Assembly: GCA_029260855.1 (NCBI GenBank)
Contig: JAJDCK010000001.1
Span: 1,705 to 65,704 of the forward strand
Length of the DNA stretch: 64,000 bases
Reading direction: 5' to 3'
Origin: Candidatus Saccharimonadota bacterium
Lineage (GTDB): Bacteria; Patescibacteriota; Saccharimonadia; Saccharimonadales; OFTM59
Both the position numbers and the translations under genes were made by a program. Numbering within the stretch: position 1 is the first letter of the stretch; each line of letters begins with the position of its first letter. Positions 19,945 to 29,578 of this stretch are shown piece by piece. Below the pieces are notes generated by a model. The model was not told the DNA's origin and did not search any database. It saw only the letters and a list, made by a program, of their open reading frames with translations.

Positions 19945-21227
19945 TATTTATCACTGTCTCGATGAAATTGCTTTGATTTTTTACTCAGCCAATCTGGTGT
20001 TTGACGTACAAGCTGTTTTTCGTCCTTCGGATCTGCCAGAAAATATTTAATAGCTTCTTCCGCATATACTCCGTTCTGCGAACCTTTGGCTAAGATAACC
20101 GCGCCGGGCTTTATAGCCTTTTTTATAAACTCGCCCGCCTCATATGGGCTATTAAAACGCTCTACCTTGCAGCCGCGTTTTTCTGCCGCTTCTGCAAGGT
20201 AACGATTAGCGTCAGGCCCGAGCGTAATAACTACATCTAATTTGTTAGGGTCACAATATTCGCCTACTTCGGCGTGGGCTCGTGCTGAATAATCACCCAG
20301 TTCGTTCATATTACCAAGAAGCGCTATTCGTTGAGGCGCGTCCGATTTATAAAGCGCGTCTAAAGCTGCTTTTACCGCGACAGGGCTTGCATTGTAGGTA
20401 TCATCAATTATAAGAGATTCGCTCAGGCCTTTAAGAAGTTTCATGCGGCCATTAAAGGCTTGTAATTGACCGATGCCTTCTATTATTTTAACCGCCGGGA
20501 TGCCAAGCTGATGTGCTACAGCTGAGGCCGCACATACAGAATAGAGCTCAACGTCAGCAACCCCCTTATACTGCGCACTAAGGCTTTGTCCATTGGCAAT
20601 AGTGATACTGATATCGTATTGGTTATCTTCAAAACTGTTGATAGTCGTACGGTAGTCGGCCAGCTCTTTGATAGAGTATGTGTAATATTCTTTATTAATT
20701 TCATCAATGTATTTTTGTGCACACAGATCTTTGTTGACCAACAGCACTTTAGAAAACGTCTGGGCAATTAGCTCTTCGCGCGCAACAGCGTCCAAATCTG
20801 CAAAAAACTCCATGTGCTCGGGCGTAATGGCCGTAATTACTAGCAGGTCTATTGATAAGTATTTAGAAAATTTCTGGATTTGACCAGGCGCATCGGTTCC
20901 TAGCTCTAAAACTACTACATCATAAGGGTATTCACCATAAATCTTTTTTTCGTTTGAGAGAATAGTTCTTAACCACGCCAGGGGACTAAACAAGCTAGGA
21001 ATGGGTTTATTGAAGAAGATCAGTGGTACGCTGACAATATCATTATAATTCCCATCTTGGTAACAAACTCTTTTATCGGTGGCCAAAAGCTTGGCAATAG
21101 CTCGTTTTGTGCTTGTTTTACCAATACTTCCCGTAACCGCAACAATACTAACAGGATGCTTGCGTACTAAGCGGCGTACTTGCCATCCAAGTATATTGGT
21201 AATTATGGCCTTAAAAGCCTTTTTCAT
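19944..21227 (-). CDS. murF: UDP-MurNAc-tripeptide--D-Ala-D-Ala ligase (Mur ligase family)
   Basis: VTGSIGKTSTK P-loop, DDTYNASP and GNMNELG. Directly upstream of ddl. Confidence 0.85.
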   Translation of the reverse strand: MKKAFKAIITNILGWQVRRLVRKHPVSIVAVTGSIGKTSTKRAIAKLLATDKRVCYQDGNYNDIVSVPLIFFNKPIPSLFSPLAWLRTILSNEKKIYGEYPYDVVVLELGTDAPGQIQKFSKYLSIDLLVITAITPEHMEFFADLDAVAREELIAQTFSKVLLVNKDLCAQKYIDEINKEYYTYSIKELADYRTTINSFEDNQYDISITIANGQSLSAQYKGVADVELYSVCAASAVAHQLGIPAVKIIEGIGQLQAFNGRMKLLKGLSESLIIDDTYNASPVAVKAALDALYKSDAPQRIALLGNMNELGDYSARAHAEVGEYCDPNKLDVVITLGPDANRYLAEAAEKRGCKVERFNSPYEAGEFIKKAIKPGAVILAKGSQNGVYAEEAIKYFLADPKDEKQLVRQTPDWLSKKSKQFHRDSDK

Positions 21228-21268
21228 CTTTAAAATTATAGGCGACAGGCTGATGAAATACTAATTAC

Positions 21269-22402
21269 TTAAAGCTCTTGCTCGTGGGTGGATAAAGAAT
21301 TTTGAAGTAGAGCGTTATTCGTTCTCACGCCTTTCAGTATGGCCCCGTAAAGCTCCCCAATGAGCTCTGTGATCGGACGAGCCCCTTCTGGCTTGCTGAT
21401 ATTGACCTTGTCGTACTGCACATTTATCTCAAAGGTACCTCTTATACTATTGGTCTCTTCGTCCTGTTTTGTAGTGCGACCAGTAAGCTTACTGATAGTT
21501 GTGCTTTTCTTGTCTACCCAGATGGTTAGCGGGGTTATATCACCATCAGCCAGTACATCATGATCAATTACGTGACTCGTGTCGATGCATTTTTTAATGC
21601 TCCTAAATACCGACAGCTCGTCAAGCCCTTCGCTAAACTCCGCTCCCTTGTTGTCATCAATCTCCAGCTCAAATTTTGTGGCAGAGCGACCGTTCACTGT
21701 GTCAGAAGAGACACTCTTAATGGTGACGAACGGGGCTTCATCATAACGACTTTCAAGCAGCTCCAGGTCCTTTTCTGTCATAGCAAACGGGAATATATCA
21801 ACAAGACATCTTGACCCCGCCTGGCTTAGCAGGGCTTCGTCTACTTCAAACCACTGATCTGCCAGTTTGTTGTTAACGAAATCAATCACCGAAACATATT
21901 CTGAGCTAAATAACTGCACCAAACTTTTTATACCATCAAGGTTACCGGTTTTGAGATAAAGGTTTTGCCCAATGCCACGCATCTCGCTCGTGACAGTAAA
22001 ATGGTTCACCGATATAGCAAGCTCAAACCGAAAAGCCCTCGCATCAACGTCAGTCTGACCAACAGTGCTTACCTTTACCGCCACCCTTTCAGCTGAGGGG
22101 TTTATGCTCTCAATGTTAATCACACTCGAAAAATTGCTTTGACGCTGTTTTGCCGTATTTACATAAGCACGCTTGAGTACATTTTCGGGGCGGTTCGGCA
22201 CCACAATGCCATAATATGTGGCCGCCAAGCTTCCGATCAAGAGCAAAGCTGCTATAGCAACAACTCTCTTTAGACTAAGCCCTTTATTTTTGCCCGGTCC
22301 ATTTAACGCTGGTTCGATCGTGGCGGCCGACCTAGCAACATATTGAGCGTCTGGTTGGTCATGATCCTCTACTGTTAATGGAGTTGACTTATCTTCGTCC
22401 AT
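21269..22402 (-). CDS. N-terminally membrane-anchored hypothetical protein
   Basis: One N-terminal TM helix (VVAIAALLLIGSLAATYYGIV) followed by a ~300-aa extracytoplasmic region. Confidence 0.55.
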   Translation of the reverse strand: MDEDKSTPLTVEDHDQPDAQYVARSAATIEPALNGPGKNKGLSLKRVVAIAALLLIGSLAATYYGIVVPNRPENVLKRAYVNTAKQRQSNFSSVINIESINPSAERVAVKVSTVGQTDVDARAFRFELAISVNHFTVTSEMRGIGQNLYLKTGNLDGIKSLVQLFSSEYVSVIDFVNNKLADQWFEVDEALLSQAGSRCLVDIFPFAMTEKDLELLESRYDEAPFVTIKSVSSDTVNGRSATKFELEIDDNKGAEFSEGLDELSVFRSIKKCIDTSHVIDHDVLADGDITPLTIWVDKKSTTISKLTGRTTKQDEETNSIRGTFEINVQYDKVNISKPEGARPITELIGELYGAILKGVRTNNALLQNSLSTHEQEL

Positions 22403-22461
22403 TTCAGGCGCTCCTAGGTTAAAGTGGTTGATGAGTCACGCACACAAAAAGCTAAAAATGT

Positions 22462-23367
22462 TTACTGTATATTCTGGAGCCTAGCTTGCAGTTCTTCAAT
22501 CGGTATCGTTTCTTCGGGCAGTGTTATTAAAGTTTCGTGGCCATAGCTGCTATATGCTTCCTGGCGAGCCGAACCAGCAAAAGCTACAGAAACAACCTGC
22601 CTAGAGGGCCCGTCTATCGTCATACTGAACTGAAACGGCTCTGCGTCAACAAAAGACAACGGATCAAGCTGTTCCAGCTGAGTCAGCCCCACGGCACGTG
22701 CGAATTCTTTCAGCATAGCTATATACTTGTCTGACCTCACTGATACATCGTAAGTGTAGTGGCTTCGCCCGCGTATAATCTCGCGCTTAGTTTTAGAGAA
22801 ATCAACCTCGTACACGACTTGATCTTTGATGATGTTTATAATTTCCGCTCGCTTCTCGTGCGGAACAAATCCCACAGGTATCACCCCGAGTACGTTCTCG
22901 CCAAACAACTCGCCGCGTGTTTCGCCGTCTTGCTCTGCTCCCCCGGATTTACCCCAAAAGCCAACTACATCGTTGAAGTCCAACGGCTGTCCGCTCAGGC
23001 CCTTCTGATCTGTATCTATAGAAAGGTAGCGAACAAAGTCTTCCGTAGGCGTGCCAACACTTTGCGTCCTAACAGAGGTCGCCTCCCCTTGCGTTAAGGT
23101 TGTCAACGAGCTGACTTGGGCGTTGTGCCCTGTAACAAGAGAAGATCGCTGCTCAAGCTTTTGAGAACCATTATCTTGCTCAACAAACCTGCCTATGCTG
23201 CGGGTTTTCATGCTATTGTCCAACGCTTTGTAAAACACATTTTCGGGGCTGCTAGCTATGTTCTTCCACCACACCGCCCCAGCTCCAATAAACATAATTA
23301 TGCCTATTAAAAAAAGCGTACGGGCTAGACTTATGCTTGTCCTTGCTTGTTTTGACTCGTTTGCCAT
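22462..23367 (-). CDS. N-terminally membrane-anchored hypothetical protein (same architecture as its neighbour)
   Basis: Start taken at MANESKQ (cat at 23365-23367). The longer track ORF reads through tRNA-Ala. Confidence 0.55.
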   Translation of the reverse strand: MANESKQARTSISLARTLFLIGIIMFIGAGAVWWKNIASSPENVFYKALDNSMKTRSIGRFVEQDNGSQKLEQRSSLVTGHNAQVSSLTTLTQGEATSVRTQSVGTPTEDFVRYLSIDTDQKGLSGQPLDFNDVVGFWGKSGGAEQDGETRGELFGENVLGVIPVGFVPHEKRAEIINIIKDQVVYEVDFSKTKREIIRGRSHYTYDVSVRSDKYIAMLKEFARAVGLTQLEQLDPLSFVDAEPFQFSMTIDGPSRQVVSVAFAGSARQEAYSSYGHETLITLPEETIPIEELQARLQNIQ

Positions 23368-23459
23368 GTCAGTACTATAACATCTACAATTAAAATATTT
23401 GTTTAGAGTGCTGAAAATATAGGAGTTTCGGCTCAAGCACGGCGTATTCCCGCACCTTT

Positions 23460-23536
23460 TGGTGGAGCATAAGGGATTCGAACCCTTGACCTCTTCCATG
23501 CCATGGAAGCGCGCTAGCCAGCTGCGCCAATGCCCC
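23460..23536 (-). tRNA. tRNA-Ala(GGC)
   Basis: Manual cloverleaf: acceptor GGGGCAT/ATGCTCC with G3:U70, anticodon loop AUGGCAU, T-loop TTCGAAT, encoded CCA. Confidence 0.9.
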
Positions 23537-23561
23537 TTCAAAAAGTGCGGAGGCACATGCA

Positions 23562-23591
23562 ATTATAAATTATTGACGTGTGTCCCCTCAA
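23562..23591 (-). promoter_or_regulatory. putative promoter of tRNA-Ala
   Basis: On the minus strand: TTGAGG, 18 nt, TATAAT, about 25 nt upstream of the tRNA 5' end. Confidence 0.35.
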
Positions 23592-23764
23592 AAACTCAAC
23601 CGATTATAACAAAAACTACCCTTTATAGGTAGTTCTTGGTTTCGTGCGCGCCCACCCGGCGGCGGGTGGTTTTGTTTTGATTTTTGTTTCACGCGGCCGC
23701 CATGGACGCACGAGATACTTTTACCATAAGATTTATAAATCAACTTGTCAACCCAATTGTTTGG

Positions 23765-24499
23765 CTAGTTGCGCATCCTCCCTTCTAGAGGCTCGCTACG
23801 CTCATTTTCTAACGGCATAACGTAGATCGTGAGGCTTATGGCAAATATAACTGCGAAACCGCACATGATACTAGGCAGGCCCATTGCAGTGTGTGGCCAC
23901 AGTAAGTTAATAGTGCTCGTTGGTATAATAAATGCAGCGTAGCTTAAAATCTGGGCTTTCAGAGCCTTGCGGACAGAAAGCTTTGCTTTGCGCGCAAAGC
24001 TAGAAGCAAAATACATAGTCACAAACAGCCAGATATAATAATGAATAAAAAACAGCCCACCAATAGGTGGCTGCAGCTGAAATATTACGTAATTACCCCC
24101 GCATGTATACCCTGTAAATGCTTGTGGGCTCAGCATAAATAGCCCCAGCCACAGGGCGCTGGTAGTATAAGCCAAAACCGTTATGCGACCCATCGGTTTC
24201 TTGGCAATCGCATGCGTCAAATGAAGTCCAAGCGACGGCAGCACTGTAATTGCAGCATATCCTATCCGCGACCAAGTTGGTGCGTTTACGCCCAGGCCAC
24301 CGCATACGAAGTATTCGGCTAGTTGAAAGGTTGCCAAACACACCAACAAGGTCGCGACCAGCCTTGTTACGCGACTCATCCTATATTTGAGCAACACGTA
24401 AGCGGCCATTCCAAGCTCAAGTAAAAAGGTCGCCATCATAACCGGTGGCGAAAAGCAGTATAGTTTGTTTGTTTTTTGTTTCACGATCAGCCTTGGCAC
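23765..24499 (-). CDS. multi-pass membrane protein, unknown function
   Basis: 244 aa with ~7 hydrophobic helices. Confidence 0.55.
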   Translation of the reverse strand: MPRLIVKQKTNKLYCFSPPVMMATFLLELGMAAYVLLKYRMSRVTRLVATLLVCLATFQLAEYFVCGGLGVNAPTWSRIGYAAITVLPSLGLHLTHAIAKKPMGRITVLAYTTSALWLGLFMLSPQAFTGYTCGGNYVIFQLQPPIGGLFFIHYYIWLFVTMYFASSFARKAKLSVRKALKAQILSYAAFIIPTSTINLLWPHTAMGLPSIMCGFAVIFAISLTIYVMPLENERSEPLEGRMRN

Positions 24500-24532
24500 T
24501 ATATTAACAGGCTTAATGTGAGTTGTGAAAAC

Positions 24533-26557
24533 TTAATTCAGCAAGCCTAGTAGTTGCTTTTCGTGTATAACGTGCGTACCAAACTTTTCAGCTCTAGCAA
24601 GTTTATTGGCGCCGACGTTAGCGCCCACCACTAAATAGTCCGTATCTTTGCCTAGGGATGACTGGAAGGTACCACCAAGGGCACGAATCCTTTCGGCTGC
24701 TTCTTCACGGCTCATGGACTCTAAGGAACCGGTAACTACAAATCTTTTCCCAGAAAGCTTGCCGCCGACCGTCTTAACATCTTGGGGCCACACACCAAGG
24801 CTGCGGAACTTGGCCAAAATACGCTGATTGTCATCATCCTCAAACCAAAACAGGATAGATTCGGCCACAATATCTCCGACACCTTCTACCTCCCTCAAGT
24901 CATTAAACGTAGCGTTGCCGAGGGTGTCTAAGCGTTTAAATCGATTAGCTAGATCTACTGCGGTTTGTACGCCCACATGCCTTATACCTAATCCGTACAA
25001 AAATCTGGCTAGCGGCGGGGTTTTTTGGGATTGTATGGCGTTAACCAGTTTTGTGGCCGATATTTCTGCAAAACGGTCCAGTCCTAGCAAATCTTCTTTT
25101 TTAAGTTCATATATATCCGCCGTGTCATTTATTAGACCAGAGTTGAGTAGTGCTATAACGTTCTTCTCGCCCAAGCCTTCTATATCAAGTGCCGCTTTGC
25201 TGGCGTAGTGCTGAATCCTCTTCCAGACGCGTGAAGGACAGCTGTTGTTCGGGCAGCGCCAGACAGCTTCGTCAGCCTTTAACTTTACCAGTCTAGTGCT
25301 GCATTCCGGGCAGTCCAAAGGCATCGTGAACTCTTTTTCCGTACCGGTGCGCAGTCTTAGTAAAGGCTCGATAACTTCGGGTATTATGTCTCCCGCCTTA
25401 TGGATAATCACCGTGTCGCCAACACGAATGTCCTTGCGTTTTACTTCGCTTTCGTTATGCAGGGTAGCCATCTGCACAGTGCTTCCGGCAACTAAAACGG
25501 GCTCCAATATAGCTACAGGCGTGGCCGACCCGGTACGGCCGATTGATATGAATATGTCTTTGACTTTTGTGGTCGCCTGTTCGGCTGGATATTTGTAAGC
25601 TGCAGCGCCACGCGGGGCCTTACCTACCACACCTAACCTGGCGTAAAGCAAACGATCGTTCACTTTTATAACCAGCCCATCAGTATTAAACGGCAGCTTG
25701 GCTCGCTTTTCTTCCCATTGATTTGCAAAATCCAGAATGTCTTTGCTGTCTTTTGCAAGCTTTGTTTCTGAATTTGCCTGTAGACCCAACTCACGTATAG
25801 CCTTGTATGCAAAATTATTAGTCACCACCTCACCGGGATCGTCGCGCAGTATGTCATACGAGTGAAAATGCAGCGGCCTTTCCGCAACTAGATTAGGGTT
25901 GAGCTGTCTTATTGTACCGGCGGCCGTGTTGCGAGGATTAGCAAATAATGGCTGTCCACTGGCGGCACGGGATTCGTTTAGTCTGGAAAAGTCTTTTTTA
26001 TACATGACTATTTCACCGCGAATTTCAGTGCGTCCTTTTAAAAATTTTTCGTACCCTGCGGCCTTACGCAGTCTGAGCGGCACCGACTCAATAGTTCGCA
26101 CATTAGCCGTTACGTCCTCACCAACCCGCCCATCGCCGCGAGTAACCGCACTAGTCAATATTCCATCTTCATAAACCAGCGCTGCCGCGAACCCGTCCAT
26201 CTTTAAGTCCATAAAATACTCCAGCCTAACGCTTGGCGGCAAAAATTTTTTAATCCGTTTAATCCACGCTTCTAGCTCGATTTGGTTAAACACATCGTTA
26301 AGACTGAGCATAGGTATACGATGCCCGATTGTTCGAAACCCTGAAATGGGCTCACCCGCCACCCTCTGGGTTGGCGAGTCCGGGGTTATTAGATCCGGGT
26401 ACTGGTCTTCAAGCTGGGTCAGCTCATGCTTAAGACTGTCGGCCGCCGCCTCGCTCATGACCGATTCGTCAAGCACGTGGTAGTGATACCTGTAGTCAGA
26501 TATTAGTTCGCGTAGTTTTTTAATACGCTCAGCTGCTTTTAGTTTATCGTTTTTCAT
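24533..26557 (-). CDS. ligA: NAD-dependent DNA ligase
   Basis: Start taken at MKNDKLKAAERI. KMDG adenylation motif, four-Cys zinc finger (CPECSTRL...CPNNSC), HhH and C-terminal BRCT. Confidence 0.93.
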   Translation of the reverse strand: MKNDKLKAAERIKKLRELISDYRYHYHVLDESVMSEAAADSLKHELTQLEDQYPDLITPDSPTQRVAGEPISGFRTIGHRIPMLSLNDVFNQIELEAWIKRIKKFLPPSVRLEYFMDLKMDGFAAALVYEDGILTSAVTRGDGRVGEDVTANVRTIESVPLRLRKAAGYEKFLKGRTEIRGEIVMYKKDFSRLNESRAASGQPLFANPRNTAAGTIRQLNPNLVAERPLHFHSYDILRDDPGEVVTNNFAYKAIRELGLQANSETKLAKDSKDILDFANQWEEKRAKLPFNTDGLVIKVNDRLLYARLGVVGKAPRGAAAYKYPAEQATTKVKDIFISIGRTGSATPVAILEPVLVAGSTVQMATLHNESEVKRKDIRVGDTVIIHKAGDIIPEVIEPLLRLRTGTEKEFTMPLDCPECSTRLVKLKADEAVWRCPNNSCPSRVWKRIQHYASKAALDIEGLGEKNVIALLNSGLINDTADIYELKKEDLLGLDRFAEISATKLVNAIQSQKTPPLARFLYGLGIRHVGVQTAVDLANRFKRLDTLGNATFNDLREVEGVGDIVAESILFWFEDDDNQRILAKFRSLGVWPQDVKTVGGKLSGKRFVVTGSLESMSREEAAERIRALGGTFQSSLGKDTDYLVVGANVGANKLARAEKFGTHVIHEKQLLGLLN

Positions 26558-27521
26558 GCGGTAGAAGTTCCCTGTAAAAACCATACATATAGCTGTGCAC
26601 TACAGCCAGACTAAGCATGGTTAAAACAAAAAAAGTCCATTCGGCAACAGGCGTCACATACAAGATTAGGGGGACCATGATTATCGCGGCCAGTAGCACT
26701 AAAATCACAGGCAAAAATATGACCTTTCTCATAGCCGACCATCGACGATGGCGGACTAGCCCCCTAGCCGAGCGAAGTGCTTGCATAGGGCGCATATCCG
26801 GTAGGGTCACTACGTACAGCGCAAAAATCGACGAGCTAATCATATAGAGAGACAAGAGCCCTGTCATGCCTAGCAGTAACTGCCAAACAACTTTTTCGCC
26901 AAGATTAATAGCCAAACCATTTCCTACGACCAATCCATATATTGTCGTACCGATTACGAGCGGTATTAGCTGCAAACCAATCACCAACATAACAATAATA
27001 AAAGGTATGAGCGGTGACATGCCGTTATAAAATGCATCGCGAATGCCTACCTTGCTGTTAGCGTGCGCTTGCCGAAGCGCCCATATTAAAGCCAGACTAA
27101 TTATTACGAGTAGCATTGATTGGTATATTGACGCCGTTTCACTCTCTACATTACCGGACGATGTGGCTAGAAAACCAAATATAGCAACGCTCGTGATAAG
27201 TTTGCCGTCACCGTCCGTAAGGGCCTCTTCCAGAGCTGACTTTATAGCTGGTAGGTTATTGCTTACCCCTAAGCCTTTTACTAGCATTATAGTCAATAAG
27301 AGATAGATGAGCATGATCCCAAAAAAAAGTTTTTTGTTAGCTACAAGTCGCCTGATCGCCGTTTTAAATAGTTTAAATGAGCTGGGTAGAGGGGGTCCCG
27401 GGTGCTTGATACGCTTACTTAAACGGAACGAACTATAGGTTGGTGGCCGGATCTTTCGCGATGATTTATTGGCTGCTATGGGAGCCTTTTTGGGGGGTAT
27501 TTTTTTGCTAGTTTTAGACAT
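26544..27521 (-). CDS. membrane protein with a K/P-rich N-terminus, unknown function
   Basis: Start taken at MSKTSKK, 1 nt after the htpX stop. About 6 TM helices. Confidence 0.55.
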   Translation of the reverse strand: MSKTSKKIPPKKAPIAANKSSRKIRPPTYSSFRLSKRIKHPGPPLPSSFKLFKTAIRRLVANKKLFFGIMLIYLLLTIMLVKGLGVSNNLPAIKSALEEALTDGDGKLITSVAIFGFLATSSGNVESETASIYQSMLLVIISLALIWALRQAHANSKVGIRDAFYNGMSPLIPFIIVMLVIGLQLIPLVIGTTIYGLVVGNGLAINLGEKVVWQLLLGMTGLLSLYMISSSIFALYVVTLPDMRPMQALRSARGLVRHRRWSAMRKVIFLPVILVLLAAIIMVPLILYVTPVAEWTFFVLTMLSLAVVHSYMYGFYRELLPHEKR

Positions 27522-27522
27522 T

Positions 27523-28401
27523 TTAGGCTCCACGCCCCATGTCTCGTAGGGCCTTAACTCGCTGCTCTATAGGTGGGTGGGTGCTGAATAAACTCGCCAG
27601 CGCTCGGCCTTTAAGAGGATTTGCAAAAAACAAATGGGCCGTAGAGGCGTTTTGGCGTTGCAGCCTACTACCTTGTGTGCCGATTTTTTCTAAGGCGCTA
27701 GCCAATCCCTCGGGGTAACGTGTCATCAAGGCTCCGCTGGCATCGGCCAAATACTCACGGCGCCTGGAAATCGCGAGCTGTATCAGTGTTGCAACAATTG
27801 GAGCCAAGACCGCCCCGACTATGCCTAAGACAAAAAAGACCTGGCTACTGTTGTTTTCGCCATCACGGTCCCTAAACCAGGTCATCCGCAGCATTATGTC
27901 GGCAAGTATGGAGATCACCGCTACTAACGCAAATACTACAAGCGACACCCTTATGTCGTAGTTCTTGATATGGCCCAGTTCATGAGCCATAACACCTTCC
28001 AGCTCTTGGTCGGTCGTTGCGTTAAGCAGCCCCGTAGTCACACCAACCACGGAATGGTTTGGGTCCCTTCCGGTTGCAAATGCATTCAATGCACGATCTT
28101 CAATGACATAAATCTTCGGCATCGGCAAGCCTTCTGTAATAGCCAGGTTCTCTACGATACGCCAGAGCCTTGGGTCGTCGCTTTTTTTAATCTCATGCGC
28201 TCCGTTCAAGCCAAGCGCCATCTTAGTGCCGGCTAAGTAACTGATAAGCGCATATATAGCCGCGCCAACCAGCACAAACGGCGTAATCGCCGGTTGGCCT
28301 GCATACTCGCCGAACAACCACCCCAGGCCAGCTACCATCGCCACGAACAGAGCCATCATCAGTACAGTCTTCCGCTTATTGGCAGCAATTTGTGAATACA
28401 T
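27523..28401 (-). CDS. htpX: M48 zinc metalloprotease HtpX
   Basis: HELGHIKN zinc motif, TM helices and REYLAD. Confidence 0.9.
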   Translation of the reverse strand: MYSQIAANKRKTVLMMALFVAMVAGLGWLFGEYAGQPAITPFVLVGAAIYALISYLAGTKMALGLNGAHEIKKSDDPRLWRIVENLAITEGLPMPKIYVIEDRALNAFATGRDPNHSVVGVTTGLLNATTDQELEGVMAHELGHIKNYDIRVSLVVFALVAVISILADIMLRMTWFRDRDGENNSSQVFFVLGIVGAVLAPIVATLIQLAISRRREYLADASGALMTRYPEGLASALEKIGTQGSRLQRQNASTAHLFFANPLKGRALASLFSTHPPIEQRVKALRDMGRGA

Positions 28402-28419
28402 CTTAGCCCCGGTGTTTGA

Positions 28420-28977
28420 CTAAAATTTAACTGTCGTAGGGTTAGCAATATTGGCTGATTCGGTTTCATCCACCTCAAAGAATTCGCGTTCCTTGAAACC
28501 CATCGTGCCAGCAAAAATATTTGTAGGGAATGTTTGAGCTTTTATGTTAAGGTCACGAGCTGAACCGTTATAAAAGCGCCTGGCAGCCTGAACCTTATCT
28601 TCGGTATCTACCAGCTCTTCTTGCAAGTGCTTAAAGTTCTCGTTGGCTTTGAGGTCAGGATAAGCCTCGGCTACAGCAAAGATGCTTTTCATGGCTGACT
28701 GAAACATATTGTCAGCCTTAGCTGCTTCGTGTGGCGTCTGTGCTCCCAGCATACTGGCGCGCGCTTTGGTAACACTTTCAAACGCTTCTTTCTCGTGTGT
28801 GGCGTAACCCTTGACGGTTTCAACTAGGTTAGGCACCAAGTCGGCCCGGCGCTTTAGCTGGACCGTGATATCGCTCCACGCTTCGTTTACACGCACATTA
28901 GCGCGGACCAAACCGTTATACATTGCAATTAAGCCAATTATTACAACCGCGACAATTATCAAAATAATAGTTAACAC
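28420..28977 (-). CDS. lemA: LemA family protein
   Basis: N-terminal TM helix plus LemA pattern (YNGLV, WSDITVQLKRRADLVPNLV, RFYNG). Typical lemA-htpX pair. Confidence 0.88.
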   Translation of the reverse strand: MLTIILIIVAVVIIGLIAMYNGLVRANVRVNEAWSDITVQLKRRADLVPNLVETVKGYATHEKEAFESVTKARASMLGAQTPHEAAKADNMFQSAMKSIFAVAEAYPDLKANENFKHLQEELVDTEDKVQAARRFYNGSARDLNIKAQTFPTNIFAGTMGFKEREFFEVDETESANIANPTTVKF

Positions 28978-29112
28978 TGCAGTTCCCCCTTTATGCTAGT
29001 ACCTTAATTATAACACTGCTACGCTTAAAATATTCATACAATTATGCCGCAAAGATGTGCTCTGTTCGCAGACAAGAAAAAAGCCCTATCCATTTAGATA
29101 GAACCTTTTTCG

Positions 29113-29198
29113 TGGTGGGCGAGGAGGGACTCGAACCCTCAAGACTTTTGGTCAGCGGATTTTAAGTCCACCGCGTATACCAATTCCGCCACTCGCCC
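29113..29198 (-). tRNA. tRNA-Leu(UAA)
   Basis: Manual fold: acceptor GGGCGAG/CTCGCCC, anticodon loop CUUAAAA, long variable arm, encoded CCA. Confidence 0.9.
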
Positions 29199-29219
29199 GG
29201 CGTGGATAAGGACGCAGTC

Positions 29220-29227
29220 ATTATACA
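29220..29227 (-). promoter_or_regulatory. extended -10 (TGTATAAT) upstream of tRNA-Leu(UAA)
   Basis: On the minus strand, TGTATAAT ends ~21 nt before the tRNA 5' end. Confidence 0.35.
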
Positions 29228-29300
29228 GGACGGGCACAGGGGTCCCCAAGCCGAGAGGATTCGACTTGGGGTAAAGCGAGGCTGTGCACGGAAGCTGGAA

Positions 29301-29328
29301 GTAAAAAGCTTCCGGTTTTTACGGAAGC
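29301..29328 (-). terminator. intrinsic terminator after tRNA-Cys
   Basis: On the minus strand: GCTTCCG-TAAAAAC-CGGAAGC followed by TTTTTAC. Confidence 0.55.
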
Positions 29329-29346
29329 TGAAGCTGCACAATGAGC

Positions 29347-29420
29347 TGGAGGCGCGTACCGGAATCGCACCGGTGTACAGGGTTTTGCAGACCCTTGCCT
29401 AACTACTCGGCCAACGCGCC
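29347..29420 (-). tRNA. tRNA-Cys(GCA)
   Basis: Acceptor GGCGCGT/ACGCGCC, anticodon loop CUGCAAA, discriminator U73 (a Cys identity element), encoded CCA. The T-loop TGCGATT is unusual. Confidence 0.85.
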
Positions 29421-29437
29421 ATCACGAAATCCCTACC

Positions 29438-29446
29438 ATTCTACCA
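29438..29446 (-). promoter_or_regulatory. extended -10 (TGGTAGAAT) upstream of tRNA-Cys
   Basis: On the minus strand, TGGTAGAAT lies ~17 nt upstream of the tRNA 5' end. Confidence 0.3.
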
Positions 29447-29501
29447 GACTACCATCGCTGCACAGTAATAGTGTGTCTGGATTTTCGCGTAATCCGAGCA
29501 G

Positions 29502-29529
29502 TTGTAAGTCTTGTAGAATGCGATATAAT
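29502..29529 (+). promoter_or_regulatory. putative promoter of the 29579 gene
   Basis: TTGTAA, 16 nt, TATAAT, about 50 nt upstream of the ATG. Confidence 0.4.
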
Positions 29530-29578
29530 ACAAACTAAGTAAACATAAGTACCGTCAAAATAGGTCTGGTTAATAAAA

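Noticed and set aside
23368-23562. N-terminal extension of ORF 22462..23562, and similarly 42424..42501 of ORF 41902..42501
   Set aside because: The extensions read straight through tRNA-Ala and tRNA-Leu(GAG). Internal Met starts give sensible N-termini (a TM anchor and a Walker A respectively).
29257-29265. GGATTCGAC, a motif known from the tmRNA 5' region, preceded by GGGG
   Set aside because: A ~350-nt plus-strand tmRNA would have to run antisense through a good tRNA-Cys. No tRNA-like 3' end, resume codon or tag ORF is seen. The motif sits in a simple hairpin (CCCCAAG...CTTGGGG).
29202-29538. Track ORFs 29202..29402 and 29341..29538 (plus strand)
   Set aside because: They lie antisense across tRNA-Cys and the tRNA spacer, which has its own promoter and terminator signals. 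Their translations are featureless.
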